Part shown: positions 9,695-18,635 of the stretch, one piece after another
Layout of the letters: each line of letters begins with the position of its first letter
Numbering within the stretch: the stretch's first letter is position 1
Virus record (IMG/VR): IMGVR_UViG_3300032046_000036
Coordinates: 1-51,684 of that record
Reading direction: 5' to 3' (one strand)
From: a virus
Taxonomy: Duplodnaviria > Caudoviricetes
Length of the DNA stretch: 51,684 nt
Notes under the pieces: generated by a model
Database searches by the model: none
The model's input: only the letters and a program-made list of their open reading frames with translations
What the model was told of the DNA's origin: nothing
Made by a program: the position numbers and the translations under genes

Positions 9695-10141
9695 TTATAA
9701 TATCTTCGCTTCCCGCATAGACTGATATTTGCCAAACCCAATTATGATATGGTCTAATACTTCAATATCAAATAATTTAGCACCTTCTTTTATTCGGATG
9801 GTTAATTTTATGTCATCATCTGACGGTTCGGGATTGCCTAACAGGTGGTTATGCACCAATATAATTGTAGTAGCATTACACAGTATTGCCGACCTCAAAA
9901 TATCCTTCGGGCTGAGAAGGCAAGCATTACCCGTTCCAATCCCTACTATTTGGTAATTCATTATCCGGCCTCTTGCATTCAGGTTCAAGACAATAAATTT
10001 CTCTTGTAAGTCATTCTTTAGTGCCTGAAATAATAGATATGTTTTCTCTGGACTGTCCATTATATCGGTGGGCTTGAATTTATATTCCCCTTTATTCCGC
10101 TCCCTTACCATCAGTTGTTTTACCCTAACAATATATGCCAT
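9695..10141 (-). CDS. RadC-like JAB/MPN domain protein
   Basis: QEKFIVLNLN, LVHNH..GNPEPSDDD, VLDHIIIG. Confidence 0.9.
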   Translation of the reverse strand: MAYIVRVKQLMVRERNKGEYKFKPTDIMDSPEKTYLLFQALKNDLQEKFIVLNLNARGRIMNYQIVGIGTGNACLLSPKDILRSAILCNATTIILVHNHLLGNPEPSDDDIKLTIRIKEGAKLFDIEVLDHIIIGFGKYQSMREAKIL

Positions 10142-10200
10142 ATTTATCTCCCGGCAGGGTGGGGAGGGTCGCTACCGCCCTACCCCACCCCTTGCCATTG

Positions 10201-10512
10201 CTAAACAATAGCACCGGCTGTAGCGTTGCCAGTGTTATCTTCCTTACAGGCAATTGCTTTCGCCCGTGCGAAAAGTAACCCCTTGTCAGTGAGACCTTCC
10301 TTCTCCAATTGCTCTATTGCCTGATGTATGTGTTCCCCCGTGACCTGTGTATTCTTCAGTTCGTGCAGGATATTCACCGCGGGTGCTTCACCATCCCTTA
10401 CTTTTTCTACGATGATGCTGACTACTCTGTTCAGGTTCACTATGAAATGGGTAGGCACTCTTTGGTCTTTCTCTTTGAACATCATCCTTATTGCTCGCTT
10501 GTTGACCAACAT
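10201..10512 (-). CDS. Hypothetical protein
   Basis: GGGGTG RBS. Confidence 0.65.
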   Translation of the reverse strand: MLVNKRAIRMMFKEKDQRVPTHFIVNLNRVVSIIVEKVRDGEAPAVNILHELKNTQVTGEHIHQAIEQLEKEGLTDKGLLFARAKAIACKEDNTGNATAGAIV

Positions 10513-10549
10513 TCTCTATCACCCCCTTTAACTATTTCTAACGGCAAGG

Positions 10550-10744
10550 TCATATTAAATTCTTATCAAGCCCTGCCACATTCAATAACAAAGTCTTTTC
10601 CACACGCCGGCATATTTTCCTGATAACCTTTCTCTGCTCGTATGCGTCGTTATTACAAGCATATAACTCTGACACTCCATTGACCACAACATTAAAACGG
10701 TTCAGTTTGTCTTGCCCTTTATAGGTTTTTATTTCTACTAACAC
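10550..10744 (-). CDS. Hypothetical protein
   Basis: AAGGAGGTG RBS, GTG start. Confidence 0.65.
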   Translation of the reverse strand: MLVEIKTYKGQDKLNRFNVVVNGVSELYACNNDAYEQRKVIRKICRRVEKTLLLNVAGLDKNLI

Positions 10745-10761
10745 TGTTTATCACCTCCTTT

Positions 10762-11136
10762 CTATTTAACCGACCCCAAGAACTCACCCATAAGGGCTTT
10801 CCTTTTCTTGAGGTCGTGAATTGCTATGCCAAAGCCAAACTCACTCGTTCCGCCTATGAAAGTAGGATGCACCGTGCCATCCCAATCCTTAATGAGAGTA
10901 TAAACGAAATAGCCATCATTCAAACGGGCTTTCTGCACCTTCAAAGGCTTAACCCCGATTTCTTTTAGTGCCTTCATTAATCGTTCCTTTGTGATTATCA
11001 TTTTGCAAGAAGAAAAGCAAGCCGAGGCGAGGGGAGTCAAATCCGATGAAAGGTTTGACCGTCCGGGCAATGGCAGTAGCCCAGACGAACTGCCCCGGCT
11101 TGCATTAAGTTTCTTTGGTGCTATTGATTGATTCAT
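10762..11136 (-). CDS. First early gene; 5' part doubles as a structured RNA leader (alternative start 11001)
   Basis: AGGGGAG RBS and ATG at 11136, downstream of promoter; in frame with MIITKERL. Confidence 0.55.
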   Translation of the reverse strand: MNQSIAPKKLNASRGSSSGLLPLPGRSNLSSDLTPLASACFSSCKMIITKERLMKALKEIGVKPLKVQKARLNDGYFVYTLIKDWDGTVHPTFIGGTSEFGFGIAIHDLKKRKALMGEFLGSVK

Positions 11137-11150
11137 CGGTTTCTCCCCTT
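11008..11150 (-). promoter_or_regulatory. Structured leader: three-way junction plus U-tract, containing an anti-RBS segment
   Basis: 12-bp P1 (11092-11103 with 11017-11028), two internal hairpins, 11030-11050 complementary to 11132-11149. Confidence 0.65.
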
Positions 11151-11161
11151 TCACTGCTCTC

Positions 11162-11200
11162 ATTATAAAGTTTTCCTTTAGAATTGTCAAGAAAATCTTT
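11162..11200 (-). promoter_or_regulatory. Consensus sigma70 early promoter
   Basis: TTGACA (11190-11185), 17 nt, TATAAT (11167-11162). Confidence 0.9.
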
Positions 11201-11341
11201 ATTATTATGTCAAATAAATCGGGGGTAATGGGTTTTGGCAATCCTTTGGTAGATAAGGAGTTGTGTGCTTTTCAGGAATGGGCAAAATATATTTTCAGTT
11301 TGTGTGCGGATTTTTAGGGCAGAAATTGACAGGGAAGGGGG

Positions 11342-11373
11342 AGGCAAGCCCACCCTTGCGAGTGGACTCGCCC
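11342..11373 (-). terminator. GNRA-capped hairpin in a pyrimidine-rich tract after the last late gene; possible end of late transcript
   Basis: GGCGAGTCCACTC-GCAA-GGGTGGGCTTGCC on the minus strand; no clean U-run. Confidence 0.4.
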
Positions 11374-11422
11374 GCAGGAACAAGGCAAGGCAAGGCAAGA
11401 AAGGAAATTGTTCCCCCCTTAA

Positions 11423-11986
11423 TTAACTCGGCTGACGAATTGATTTTAGGTCAGTCTTGATTGACTCATAGGTATTCATCGCTACCGCCTTGTTTCTCAA
11501 GATAGTGTTGATGGCGTCAATATACTTCCCGTTCTCCACGCTCTTTTTAACTTCCTCCACGCCCTCATATACCGATTTCAGTTTCTTATTCGCCAGCATC
11601 TTGCGGTATAGGGCATAAAGAAATCCACCAATAGACAGTGCAGTAGCCCCCCACGGCACATTATCCTGTATCTGCTTCTCAATGAATCCCCACAGACCAT
11701 CCGATGCCTCGTGTTCCTTTTTGGCATCATCGCGGGCTTCAATTGAGTATTCAGGGGAATACGGCACAGGTTTTCCCGGAGGGCCGAGATTGTCCGTCAA
11801 TACTTTGGTGTTAGCGACTATATCGGTTGCCACGGTCTTGATATTATCAGTTGCCTCAGGGCTTGTCAGAATAACTTTCCCAGCCTCACCGGTCTGGTGG
11901 ATAAGTTTCTTGTCCCCTTCGGTAACCATTGGAATGCATCCAATAACAAAGCAACACAATATAGCCAGAAAAATTGTTCTCCACAT
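11423..11986 (-). CDS. Lipoprotein with a second hydrophobic segment (possible spanin/lysis accessory)
   Basis: Signal peptide ending VIGC; WGATALSIGGFLYALY segment. Confidence 0.55.
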   Translation of the reverse strand: MWRTIFLAILCCFVIGCIPMVTEGDKKLIHQTGEAGKVILTSPEATDNIKTVATDIVANTKVLTDNLGPPGKPVPYSPEYSIEARDDAKKEHEASDGLWGFIEKQIQDNVPWGATALSIGGFLYALYRKMLANKKLKSVYEGVEEVKKSVENGKYIDAINTILRNKAVAMNTYESIKTDLKSIRQPS

Positions 11987-12003
11987 TCTTCTCACCCCCT
12001 TTC

Positions 12004-12138
12004 TTATTTCATCTTACCCCAATCTCTATAATATTTTATTTCATAATAGTTAACCTTCTTACGATAGAGCCACCTGATTACTGATATGGCTACCCATATT
12101 ATTACAATCCCGCCTGTTATACCTATGAAATACCACAT
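12004..12138 (-). CDS. Small single-TM membrane protein
   Basis: MWYFIGITGGIVIIWVAISVIRW followed by a basic tail. Confidence 0.55.
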   Translation of the reverse strand: MWYFIGITGGIVIIWVAISVIRWLYRKKVNYYEIKYYRDWGKMK

Positions 12139-12142
12139 AATT

Positions 12143-12643
12143 TTATCCCTCAAATGTTCTGAGAGCCGATGCTGAATATAACCTGAAATATCGGCCGTAA
12201 GCCGTGCTACCACTTGTAGCGTATAACCAGAATTGACATAAATCTCCAGCAGTCCAACCTGCGAAGTCTTGGTAAAATTCCACCCAGTCTAACGAACTCG
12301 TGTATTCTTGCCCTCCTACAAAAGCACCATTACGACACACCCCCCCATAAATATAGTGGTCATTCCCGGCTCTTCTTAACTGAAATCTTATCCGTAATGC
12401 ACCCTTATGCCCAAGAGTAAATTGTTTTTTCAGCGTCCAATCGGCTACTGAAAGACTAACCTCACCGTCGGAAGCGATAACAAGAGTTTCTCCTATTGTG
12501 AATTCCTGGTCGGACACATTGGCAAACGGGTATTTACCAGCACCAGCAGGTGTGCTGGCAAGACCCGTTAAGGCGGCGCCGGAAACCTTACCTGGTGTAA
12601 TTATAGTATCTAATCTTGCATCTGGAATCTTGGTTTCTGACAT
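12143..12643 (-). CDS. Tail fibre/receptor-binding-like protein
   Basis: Distal tail position; beta-rich aromatic C-terminal domain. Confidence 0.55.
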   Translation of the reverse strand: MSETKIPDARLDTIITPGKVSGAALTGLASTPAGAGKYPFANVSDQEFTIGETLVIASDGEVSLSVADWTLKKQFTLGHKGALRIRFQLRRAGNDHYIYGGVCRNGAFVGGQEYTSSLDWVEFYQDFAGWTAGDLCQFWLYATSGSTAYGRYFRLYSASALRTFEG

Positions 12644-12662
12644 AAAATTATTCTCCTATTTA

Positions 12663-13319
12663 TCAAACTTTAATAATTGAAATCTTTTCGCCGGCCTCTC
12701 TGCCCGTATTGAAGGTAATGGTAGTGCTGTTCGTTTCTATATAATCGTTTCCCGCGCCTACAACCATTAATATACCACCACTAAATACCAGTAATGTAGT
12801 TACCCCAGGTGTATAGGTAAAAGTCGTCAAAACAAATACCGTTTGAGTTCCAGTGGCTACGAAGTTCTCGCGCTTACTAAAATCACTTATCGCAGTATCA
12901 ACATATTGCTTGGTTGCGGCCTTCATTGCCGCATCGGGGTCTGCGTGCAAGGTAATATAGCCTGCCATTGTCCCGCCCGCTTTTGGTAACATCGTGTCAA
13001 CATATTGCTTGGTTGCGGCCTTCATTGCCGCATTGGGGTCTGCGTGCAGGGTCAAATAACCTGACAAAGTTCCGCCGGTCAATGGCAGGTGTCCGAGTTC
13101 CGTTGCCAAGTCCCCTAATACATACCAGTCCGTATTGGTCTCGTTCCTCACCTTGATGAGGGAATTGGCGGTGTCAATCCAGGGCTGGCCCGCTTCCATT
13201 ACGACAGGCTCAGTCGCCCCCAAAAACCAAGTCCGCACCGCCTCGTCTCGGTCAATGATTTTCTGCCGGCTGTCTGAAAGTAAATCGGTAGCGCTAATAC
13301 TCGGATATGTTTGACTCAT
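12663..13319 (-). CDS. Tail fibre protein with two GGT..G..TLHADP.AAMKAATKQYVD repeats
   Basis: Typical fibre repeat, 99-bp period at ~12895-13090. Confidence 0.75.
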   Translation of the reverse strand: MSQTYPSISATDLLSDSRQKIIDRDEAVRTWFLGATEPVVMEAGQPWIDTANSLIKVRNETNTDWYVLGDLATELGHLPLTGGTLSGYLTLHADPNAAMKAATKQYVDTMLPKAGGTMAGYITLHADPDAAMKAATKQYVDTAISDFSKRENFVATGTQTVFVLTTFTYTPGVTTLLVFSGGILMVVGAGNDYIETNSTTITFNTGREAGEKISIIKV

Positions 13320-13327
13320 ATTTCACC

Positions 13328-13846
13328 TCACTTTATTTTGTTAAGTTCTTCTTTGGTAAATCCTAATTCTTTCAGTTTTGATACGGTGGCCGTAACTGAC
13401 TTCTCTGAACCAAATAATTCACGCATAATTACCAGTAAATTACGGTTATCAGTTTCCGGTAATGAATCCAGTATTTCCTGTTTGGGTTCAAAGCCCGTCC
13501 TGTCCTTGATTATCTGCATAGCATTCTTCTTATTAAATCCCAACCTAATAAGCACTCTGACAAGGCAGGCTACCGCCCGTGAATCCCCGTTGTCCGAGCA
13601 TACCAAGACCTTGCCTTGTTGGGACATTGTTATGACAAAATCGCAGAGGTCTTTCTGCATCTCCGCATTCCAGTCTTGTTTCGGAGAGGGTTTATATCTC
13701 ATCATTACCGGGAGTCTGGTATTCTTGGGTAGTTCCTCTGTCTTTATCGTATCCGATAGGATAACTATCGCCTTATACTGTTGTGCAAGATTGCCCCTAA
13801 GAATCGTCTTGTCGCTTATCTGGATGTTCTTGATAATATCTTTCAT
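13328..13846 (-). CDS. Dual-specificity phosphatase-like protein with degenerate P-loop
   Basis: GKVLVCSDNGDSRA versus canonical VLVHCxAGxSRS. Confidence 0.6.
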   Translation of the reverse strand: MKDIIKNIQISDKTILRGNLAQQYKAIVILSDTIKTEELPKNTRLPVMMRYKPSPKQDWNAEMQKDLCDFVITMSQQGKVLVCSDNGDSRAVACLVRVLIRLGFNKKNAMQIIKDRTGFEPKQEILDSLPETDNRNLLVIMRELFGSEKSVTATVSKLKELGFTKEELNKIK

Positions 13847-13849
13847 AAG

Positions 13850-14041
13850 TTATTCTCCTTCATTCTCCTCGTATGTTGTCATATAAGCATCCATTTTGGC
13901 TAAAATATCTTCCCAAGTATATTCTGGTAATTCCAACGCAACTCTCAACGCATTAATCTCGTCTTTTACCAACACAAGAAGACACTTAACCCCTCTTATC
14001 CCAGTATATTTTGCTATATTACATTCTCCACACCAAGCCAT
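13850..14041 (-). CDS. Hypothetical protein
   Basis: RBS, operon packing. Confidence 0.6.
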   Translation of the reverse strand: MAWCGECNIAKYTGIRGVKCLLVLVKDEINALRVALELPEYTWEDILAKMDAYMTTYEENEGE

Positions 14042-14068
14042 ATCTTTTTTTCCTTTCTTATATAGTAA

Positions 14069-14674
14069 TTAAATATACCATCCAATCACCGTTACCTCTA
14101 AATCAGTATATTCTGCTTGAATCAAATAGTCCAGTTTTCTGTCCGAATCTATTGGAATAGTAAAATGCAAAGATGGACTAAAGATATTTGCAATTTGGGA
14201 AAACAATACTGCTCTATTTTTTGAATATGTAGCACTTCTTCTGATAGTCAAAACTTTATTGGCGGCCGTAGCATATCCAGCAATATCCAGCATTACTGCC
14301 TTGGCACCACTCGGGACAATCGCCGAAAGGTCTAAACCGTTAATGTGCCAAGTACTATCTCGGGTAAAATCTCCCTCTACAAAATCTGCCACATTGACAT
14401 CCCTTGGTGTATACAAAGTCCCTGTTTGCCATATCGTCCCGTTATACCGATAAAGACTATTCTCGTCATCTAACCATATATGCATCCCTTCTGTGGGGAC
14501 TGTAAATTCCCACTTATCCCCGACCCATGTGGCTATATTGTAATCCTTCCCTGCCCAACCATCCACCCCCGTGCCGTAGATTAGATACCTGTCACCCGTA
14601 ACGGGACTGCCGGGCGGTGTAAGAATGTCCTTGTCTTTTGCAGGATTCTGCCAGGAAAATCTTCTTATTGACAT
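14069..14674 (-). CDS. DUF2793-like tail-associated protein
   Basis: PPGSP..GDRYLI...G.WAGKD..IA.W...W.F..P.EG. Confidence 0.75.
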   Translation of the reverse strand: MSIRRFSWQNPAKDKDILTPPGSPVTGDRYLIYGTGVDGWAGKDYNIATWVGDKWEFTVPTEGMHIWLDDENSLYRYNGTIWQTGTLYTPRDVNVADFVEGDFTRDSTWHINGLDLSAIVPSGAKAVMLDIAGYATAANKVLTIRRSATYSKNRAVLFSQIANIFSPSLHFTIPIDSDRKLDYLIQAEYTDLEVTVIGWYI

Positions 14675-14676
14675 CT

Positions 14677-17600
14677 TTAATACCCCCGAACCACCCAATC
14701 TATCGTGGCATTTTGCGGGACTCCGTCCGAGTTAAAGACCCGCACCGTAAATCCGGTTACGGTCTTGTTACTTATCGTAAAAGTATCACCTTCCTCTCCG
14801 CCCTGTATTCCGATAGCCATAGCCGGAACAATCGTGAATGTCTTATTGAATGTTATATTAGCCCCCGCGGAATCTATAGCCACATCTTCCCCTGAATCAA
14901 AAATATCAGGCACATCTATTGTCGTATTCATCCTCTCAATCGTGAATAGATAGTCAAGGTCATTAGTGCTAACATCTACTCTGATTTGTATATATTGGAA
15001 TTGGTATTCTCCTACTATGAAATTCTGCCAGTCGCTCCAGGTGATATTGTCCAATGAAATCCTGAAACTCAAAGATGATGTTGCCTTGACATCTTCGGTC
15101 GGCCCCGCCCAGGTTTTAGTCTGTGCCTCGCTTGAGTTCCAAGCAAAAGTCGCCAGTTCCCAGGTCAGCGTAGTATCTCTTTGGTTACCCCGATAGTCTA
15201 TATATACCCTTGATGTAAGGTCGTTACCAACATCTATCACCGGAGTTATATAATACCCCGATGCCTCACCTTCGTCTAACTGCAGATTCCCGTCCCCGTC
15301 CATGGTCATATTAACCTTTTCTCCCGGCCAGTTCAATGCCTTCTCGTTTCTCTCCAGCACGACATTCTGGTTTATCCGCTCATCAACATCGGTAACATAT
15401 AGGGCAGGAGTCAAGGAGTATAAATCCGAGGTGTTCTTCGCCTTGACCATAAAGGTCTGGAGTCCGGGTGAGAAGTTCGTGGTCTGGAACCTGTTCTCGC
15501 TGATATTCTCCCCAAAGACAATGGCACTTTCCCAGTTACTTCCTACCCTGATTTCGTAACATTTCAAATCCTTGTCAGTAATTTCGTTCCATTCAAAATA
15601 AAGTATGTCGCCTATTCTGACTACCAAGAGACCGGTAATATCTGGGGGCCTAATGGTCTTGCCCTGGATGGTAATGGTATCCGAAGGTGATGATTCCGGC
15701 TTTTTCTTGGTGCCGTAAATTGACACGCTTGCCACCGCCACCTCATAGGTCTTGCCGTAAGAAACATTGTCCTGTATCACAGCATATCCCGTCTTTGATG
15801 TCCCTATATATTCCCAGTAACCTGTTCCCTGTTCCCGCCAGAATATGTCAGCATAGGCAACCTCGTTCTGCGAGGGCAGGATAAAATTGACATCAATGAC
15901 ATTCTTGAGCGTGCCATCATTCAAAAGCATCACGCGTTCACTCAATTCAAGGTCTGATATATCAGCAGGCAGTTTCAGAGGGTCTGGTAACTGCGTATAG
16001 GTTAGTTCCTCAAGGTCGCCGAAGGTATCGGCATAGATATTGCTGTTATACTCAAGGCCGATGATTTTTCTCGTGAGGTCGCTTGCCCTTGAGATTTCAA
16101 CAATCCGGAATGGTTTTACCAATAGACTGGTCTCACCAAAAGCGAATATCTCGTCATCTTCGGGTATGGTCGTCCAAGTGCCTACGATTGTCAATATGGT
16201 ATGTGTGCCGGGTATATTTGTAACTGTCTTTTCTTCCTGCGTGTCGTCTTTGTGCCTGACCCTAACCTTGTATGTCTTGGCCGGTTCTATGGTTACGGAC
16301 TGGTCAAGGGTAACACTCCCGGTTGTGCCAGATACCACCCTGCCCCCGTATCCCCACTGCGGAAGGTCGTGCTGGAAGTTTATCACATCACCAGGTTCGC
16401 AGGCAATTGCATCTATGCCAGCCTCAAATTCTATTATCCGCTTGAGGTAGCGGTTGACATTCAGATTGAATATCGCCTCCCTGTATGCCTGTGCGGGTCT
16501 GGTGATTCCGTATAAAGCCACCGTCTCTTTCCGGAAATCCTCGCCTGCGGCAAATGATGCCGGGTCTTCTATTGACACTATGTCTTGTTCATAGTCATTG
16601 CTTTCATTAAGAAACTGCACCTCAAGGAAGTTCGCCCTGTCCTTAATGGATGTGTATTTTATTTTCAACGAACCCTTAACGATATTGCCCATCGTGAACA
16701 ACTGGACGGGACTTTCCGCCTTCTCAACCTTAACTCTGATTTTCTTGCCTGACTTTATCAGGGACGCCCTTGCACTGGCACAGACGACATTTATCGCGTC
16801 CCAGGCCGACATAGACCCATCAAAGACTATGTTCAGGAGACACCGCTTGTGAGTCCCGCCTAACCCGTCAGCAACCAGCGGCGTATCGCAGTAGTCGGCG
16901 AAATCCTTGAATGACTGCAATACAATATCGGCAATATCTATATATTCCCCCAGTCCGTATCTTTTGTCTATCAGCAAGTCCATCAAACACCACGCCGGAT
17001 TATCGCTCCACTGCTGGGTGAAGGTGGGTGGGGTATCCCCATTCCATACCCATACCAATTTCCCCTTGACCTGTGCAGTTATTGTCGGCGTCCCCCCCGA
17101 CAGTTGCTCGGTTGCTACCGCCCTAACCGCTAAGAGGGCGATATTAGGATACTTGAGGTCATCATAGGTTGTCTCATTATGGCTTTCCCAATTGGAATTG
17201 CTGACGGTCGTGCTACCATCGTCTGCGGTAGTCCTTGTTATTTCTATGTCGTAAATGCCGATTTCCAGTCCGTCCTTGCGGTAGGTATAACTAAGAGCCG
17301 ACCTTGTCCTGTTTGATACGCTGAATATTACCGGTGTTGACCACGACCCGCCCGCCTTTTTGTGCCTGATTGAAAACGAGACTGCATAAGTCCCGTATCC
17401 GCCATCGCTCAAAACTTGATACAAGCCGGAAGGAAAATTGAGATTGATTTCGTATGCTTGAATCTGTCCCGTGGTTCTGGCAATGGGACTATTATAGACT
17501 AAGGCAACGCCCTGATAGACATTGGTGGTGACATTCCTAAAATCCTGGATTACCGACTGGTCGTTAGCACCTATTCTCGTGGAAACGAAAACCCCGGCAT

Positions 17601-18231
17601 ACTGGGATGCAGGATTATTATTTATCTTTATCCCGGAAGGAATGCTCCCGCCAGTAAGATTGTTCTGCTCGCCAGTCAATCCCGCTATGTCCTGAATACA
17701 ACCTTCGCATAGACCTATGAGCATATAAAGTTCATCTTTGTTGCTCTGCGGAGACCGATTGAATAACTGTATTATTTGACCCCCAACCTTGTGCTGTCCA
17801 TAGACCACTCCTATAGGCTGTCCGTTATGGGCAGTATTCCTTATCCCTTCAAAACCGTAAGTAACCGAGTCCGCAAATTCATCGGATGTGCTATAAGATG
17901 GAGCGGAAGGCTTAGAAGGTTTGCCTGTTGTTGAGCCGATTATTTTACCCACTACAAAAGGGATGATAACATAATATAATACAGTTGTAGCCAAGAATGA
18001 CGCAAGTGGTTTGATTGCTATCGTGATTTCATCACCATCTTTGGGAATAATATTATCTATTTTGTCCGAGTCAACTATGGTCTGATTATGGGCAACGCGA
18101 AGATTGAATTTATAAGGCAAGAAGTCATCAGGAATATATGACGACAATGGTTTGTCCAGCTTGCGGTCTGTATTATACAACCTACGACCTTCAAGTTCAA
18201 AGATGTTTTTGATTGTCTTGACTTTAATCAT
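14677..18231 (-). CDS. Central tail tip / host specificity protein (gpI-like N-terminus plus gpJ-like body)
   Basis: PIGVVYGQHKVGG, WSDNPAWCL.D, PGDVI, Fn3-like repeats; follows gpL/gpK. Confidence 0.9.
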   Translation of the reverse strand: MIKVKTIKNIFELEGRRLYNTDRKLDKPLSSYIPDDFLPYKFNLRVAHNQTIVDSDKIDNIIPKDGDEITIAIKPLASFLATTVLYYVIIPFVVGKIIGSTTGKPSKPSAPSYSTSDEFADSVTYGFEGIRNTAHNGQPIGVVYGQHKVGGQIIQLFNRSPQSNKDELYMLIGLCEGCIQDIAGLTGEQNNLTGGSIPSGIKINNNPASQYAGVFVSTRIGANDQSVIQDFRNVTTNVYQGVALVYNSPIARTTGQIQAYEINLNFPSGLYQVLSDGGYGTYAVSFSIRHKKAGGSWSTPVIFSVSNRTRSALSYTYRKDGLEIGIYDIEITRTTADDGSTTVSNSNWESHNETTYDDLKYPNIALLAVRAVATEQLSGGTPTITAQVKGKLVWVWNGDTPPTFTQQWSDNPAWCLMDLLIDKRYGLGEYIDIADIVLQSFKDFADYCDTPLVADGLGGTHKRCLLNIVFDGSMSAWDAINVVCASARASLIKSGKKIRVKVEKAESPVQLFTMGNIVKGSLKIKYTSIKDRANFLEVQFLNESNDYEQDIVSIEDPASFAAGEDFRKETVALYGITRPAQAYREAIFNLNVNRYLKRIIEFEAGIDAIACEPGDVINFQHDLPQWGYGGRVVSGTTGSVTLDQSVTIEPAKTYKVRVRHKDDTQEEKTVTNIPGTHTILTIVGTWTTIPEDDEIFAFGETSLLVKPFRIVEISRASDLTRKIIGLEYNSNIYADTFGDLEELTYTQLPDPLKLPADISDLELSERVMLLNDGTLKNVIDVNFILPSQNEVAYADIFWREQGTGYWEYIGTSKTGYAVIQDNVSYGKTYEVAVASVSIYGTKKKPESSPSDTITIQGKTIRPPDITGLLVVRIGDILYFEWNEITDKDLKCYEIRVGSNWESAIVFGENISENRFQTTNFSPGLQTFMVKAKNTSDLYSLTPALYVTDVDERINQNVVLERNEKALNWPGEKVNMTMDGDGNLQLDEGEASGYYITPVIDVGNDLTSRVYIDYRGNQRDTTLTWELATFAWNSSEAQTKTWAGPTEDVKATSSLSFRISLDNITWSDWQNFIVGEYQFQYIQIRVDVSTNDLDYLFTIERMNTTIDVPDIFDSGEDVAIDSAGANITFNKTFTIVPAMAIGIQGGEEGDTFTISNKTVTGFTVRVFNSDGVPQNATIDWVVRGY

Positions 18232-18635
18232 TTGTCTTTCAGGCAGTAATAACCGTGTATTACCTTCCCCAGCCTTGATAACCTGTTTAATACTACTCCA
18301 TATCCCTTGCCACAGTGCAAGACAGTATCGTCATCTACCACGATTCCGATGTGGGTAGGGAATGACGGCTTGTTGCCGAAAAGCACGATATCTAATAAAT
18401 CGGGCTTCTCGCAGGTTTTTAATCTTCTCCATTTCAGATGGTAGTTCTCAAGTATGGGATTCCCATTTTGTCTCGTCTCCCAATTCTCGTCATAGTCTGG
18501 CATAGGGTCGGCTAAAATTATTCCATTCCTACGATAAACTTCAAGGACAAGCCCGAAACAGTCCAGTCCTGTCTTTATATCCCGGCCCTTGTGCAGAAAC
18601 AATGTCCCTACCAATTCCTTGCAGTCGTTTATCAT
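18228..18635 (-). CDS. NlpC/P60 tail assembly protein (gpK-like)
   Basis: GLDCFGLV, THIGI and LHC catalytic motifs. Confidence 0.85.
   Translation of the reverse strand: MINDCKELVGTLFLHKGRDIKTGLDCFGLVLEVYRRNGIILADPMPDYDENWETRQNGNPILENYHLKWRRLKTCEKPDLLDIVLFGNKPSFPTHIGIVVDDDTVLHCGKGYGVVLNRLSRLGKVIHGYYCLKDK

Noticed and set aside
11137-11460. 5' extension of ORF 10762-11241 and ORFs 11210-11398 / 11263-11460
   Set aside because: They run across the consensus promoter and hairpin region; no RBS.
12895-13090. DGR template/variable repeat pair
   Set aside because: In-frame 33-aa fibre repeat, differences are not adenine-specific, and no reverse transcriptase is present.
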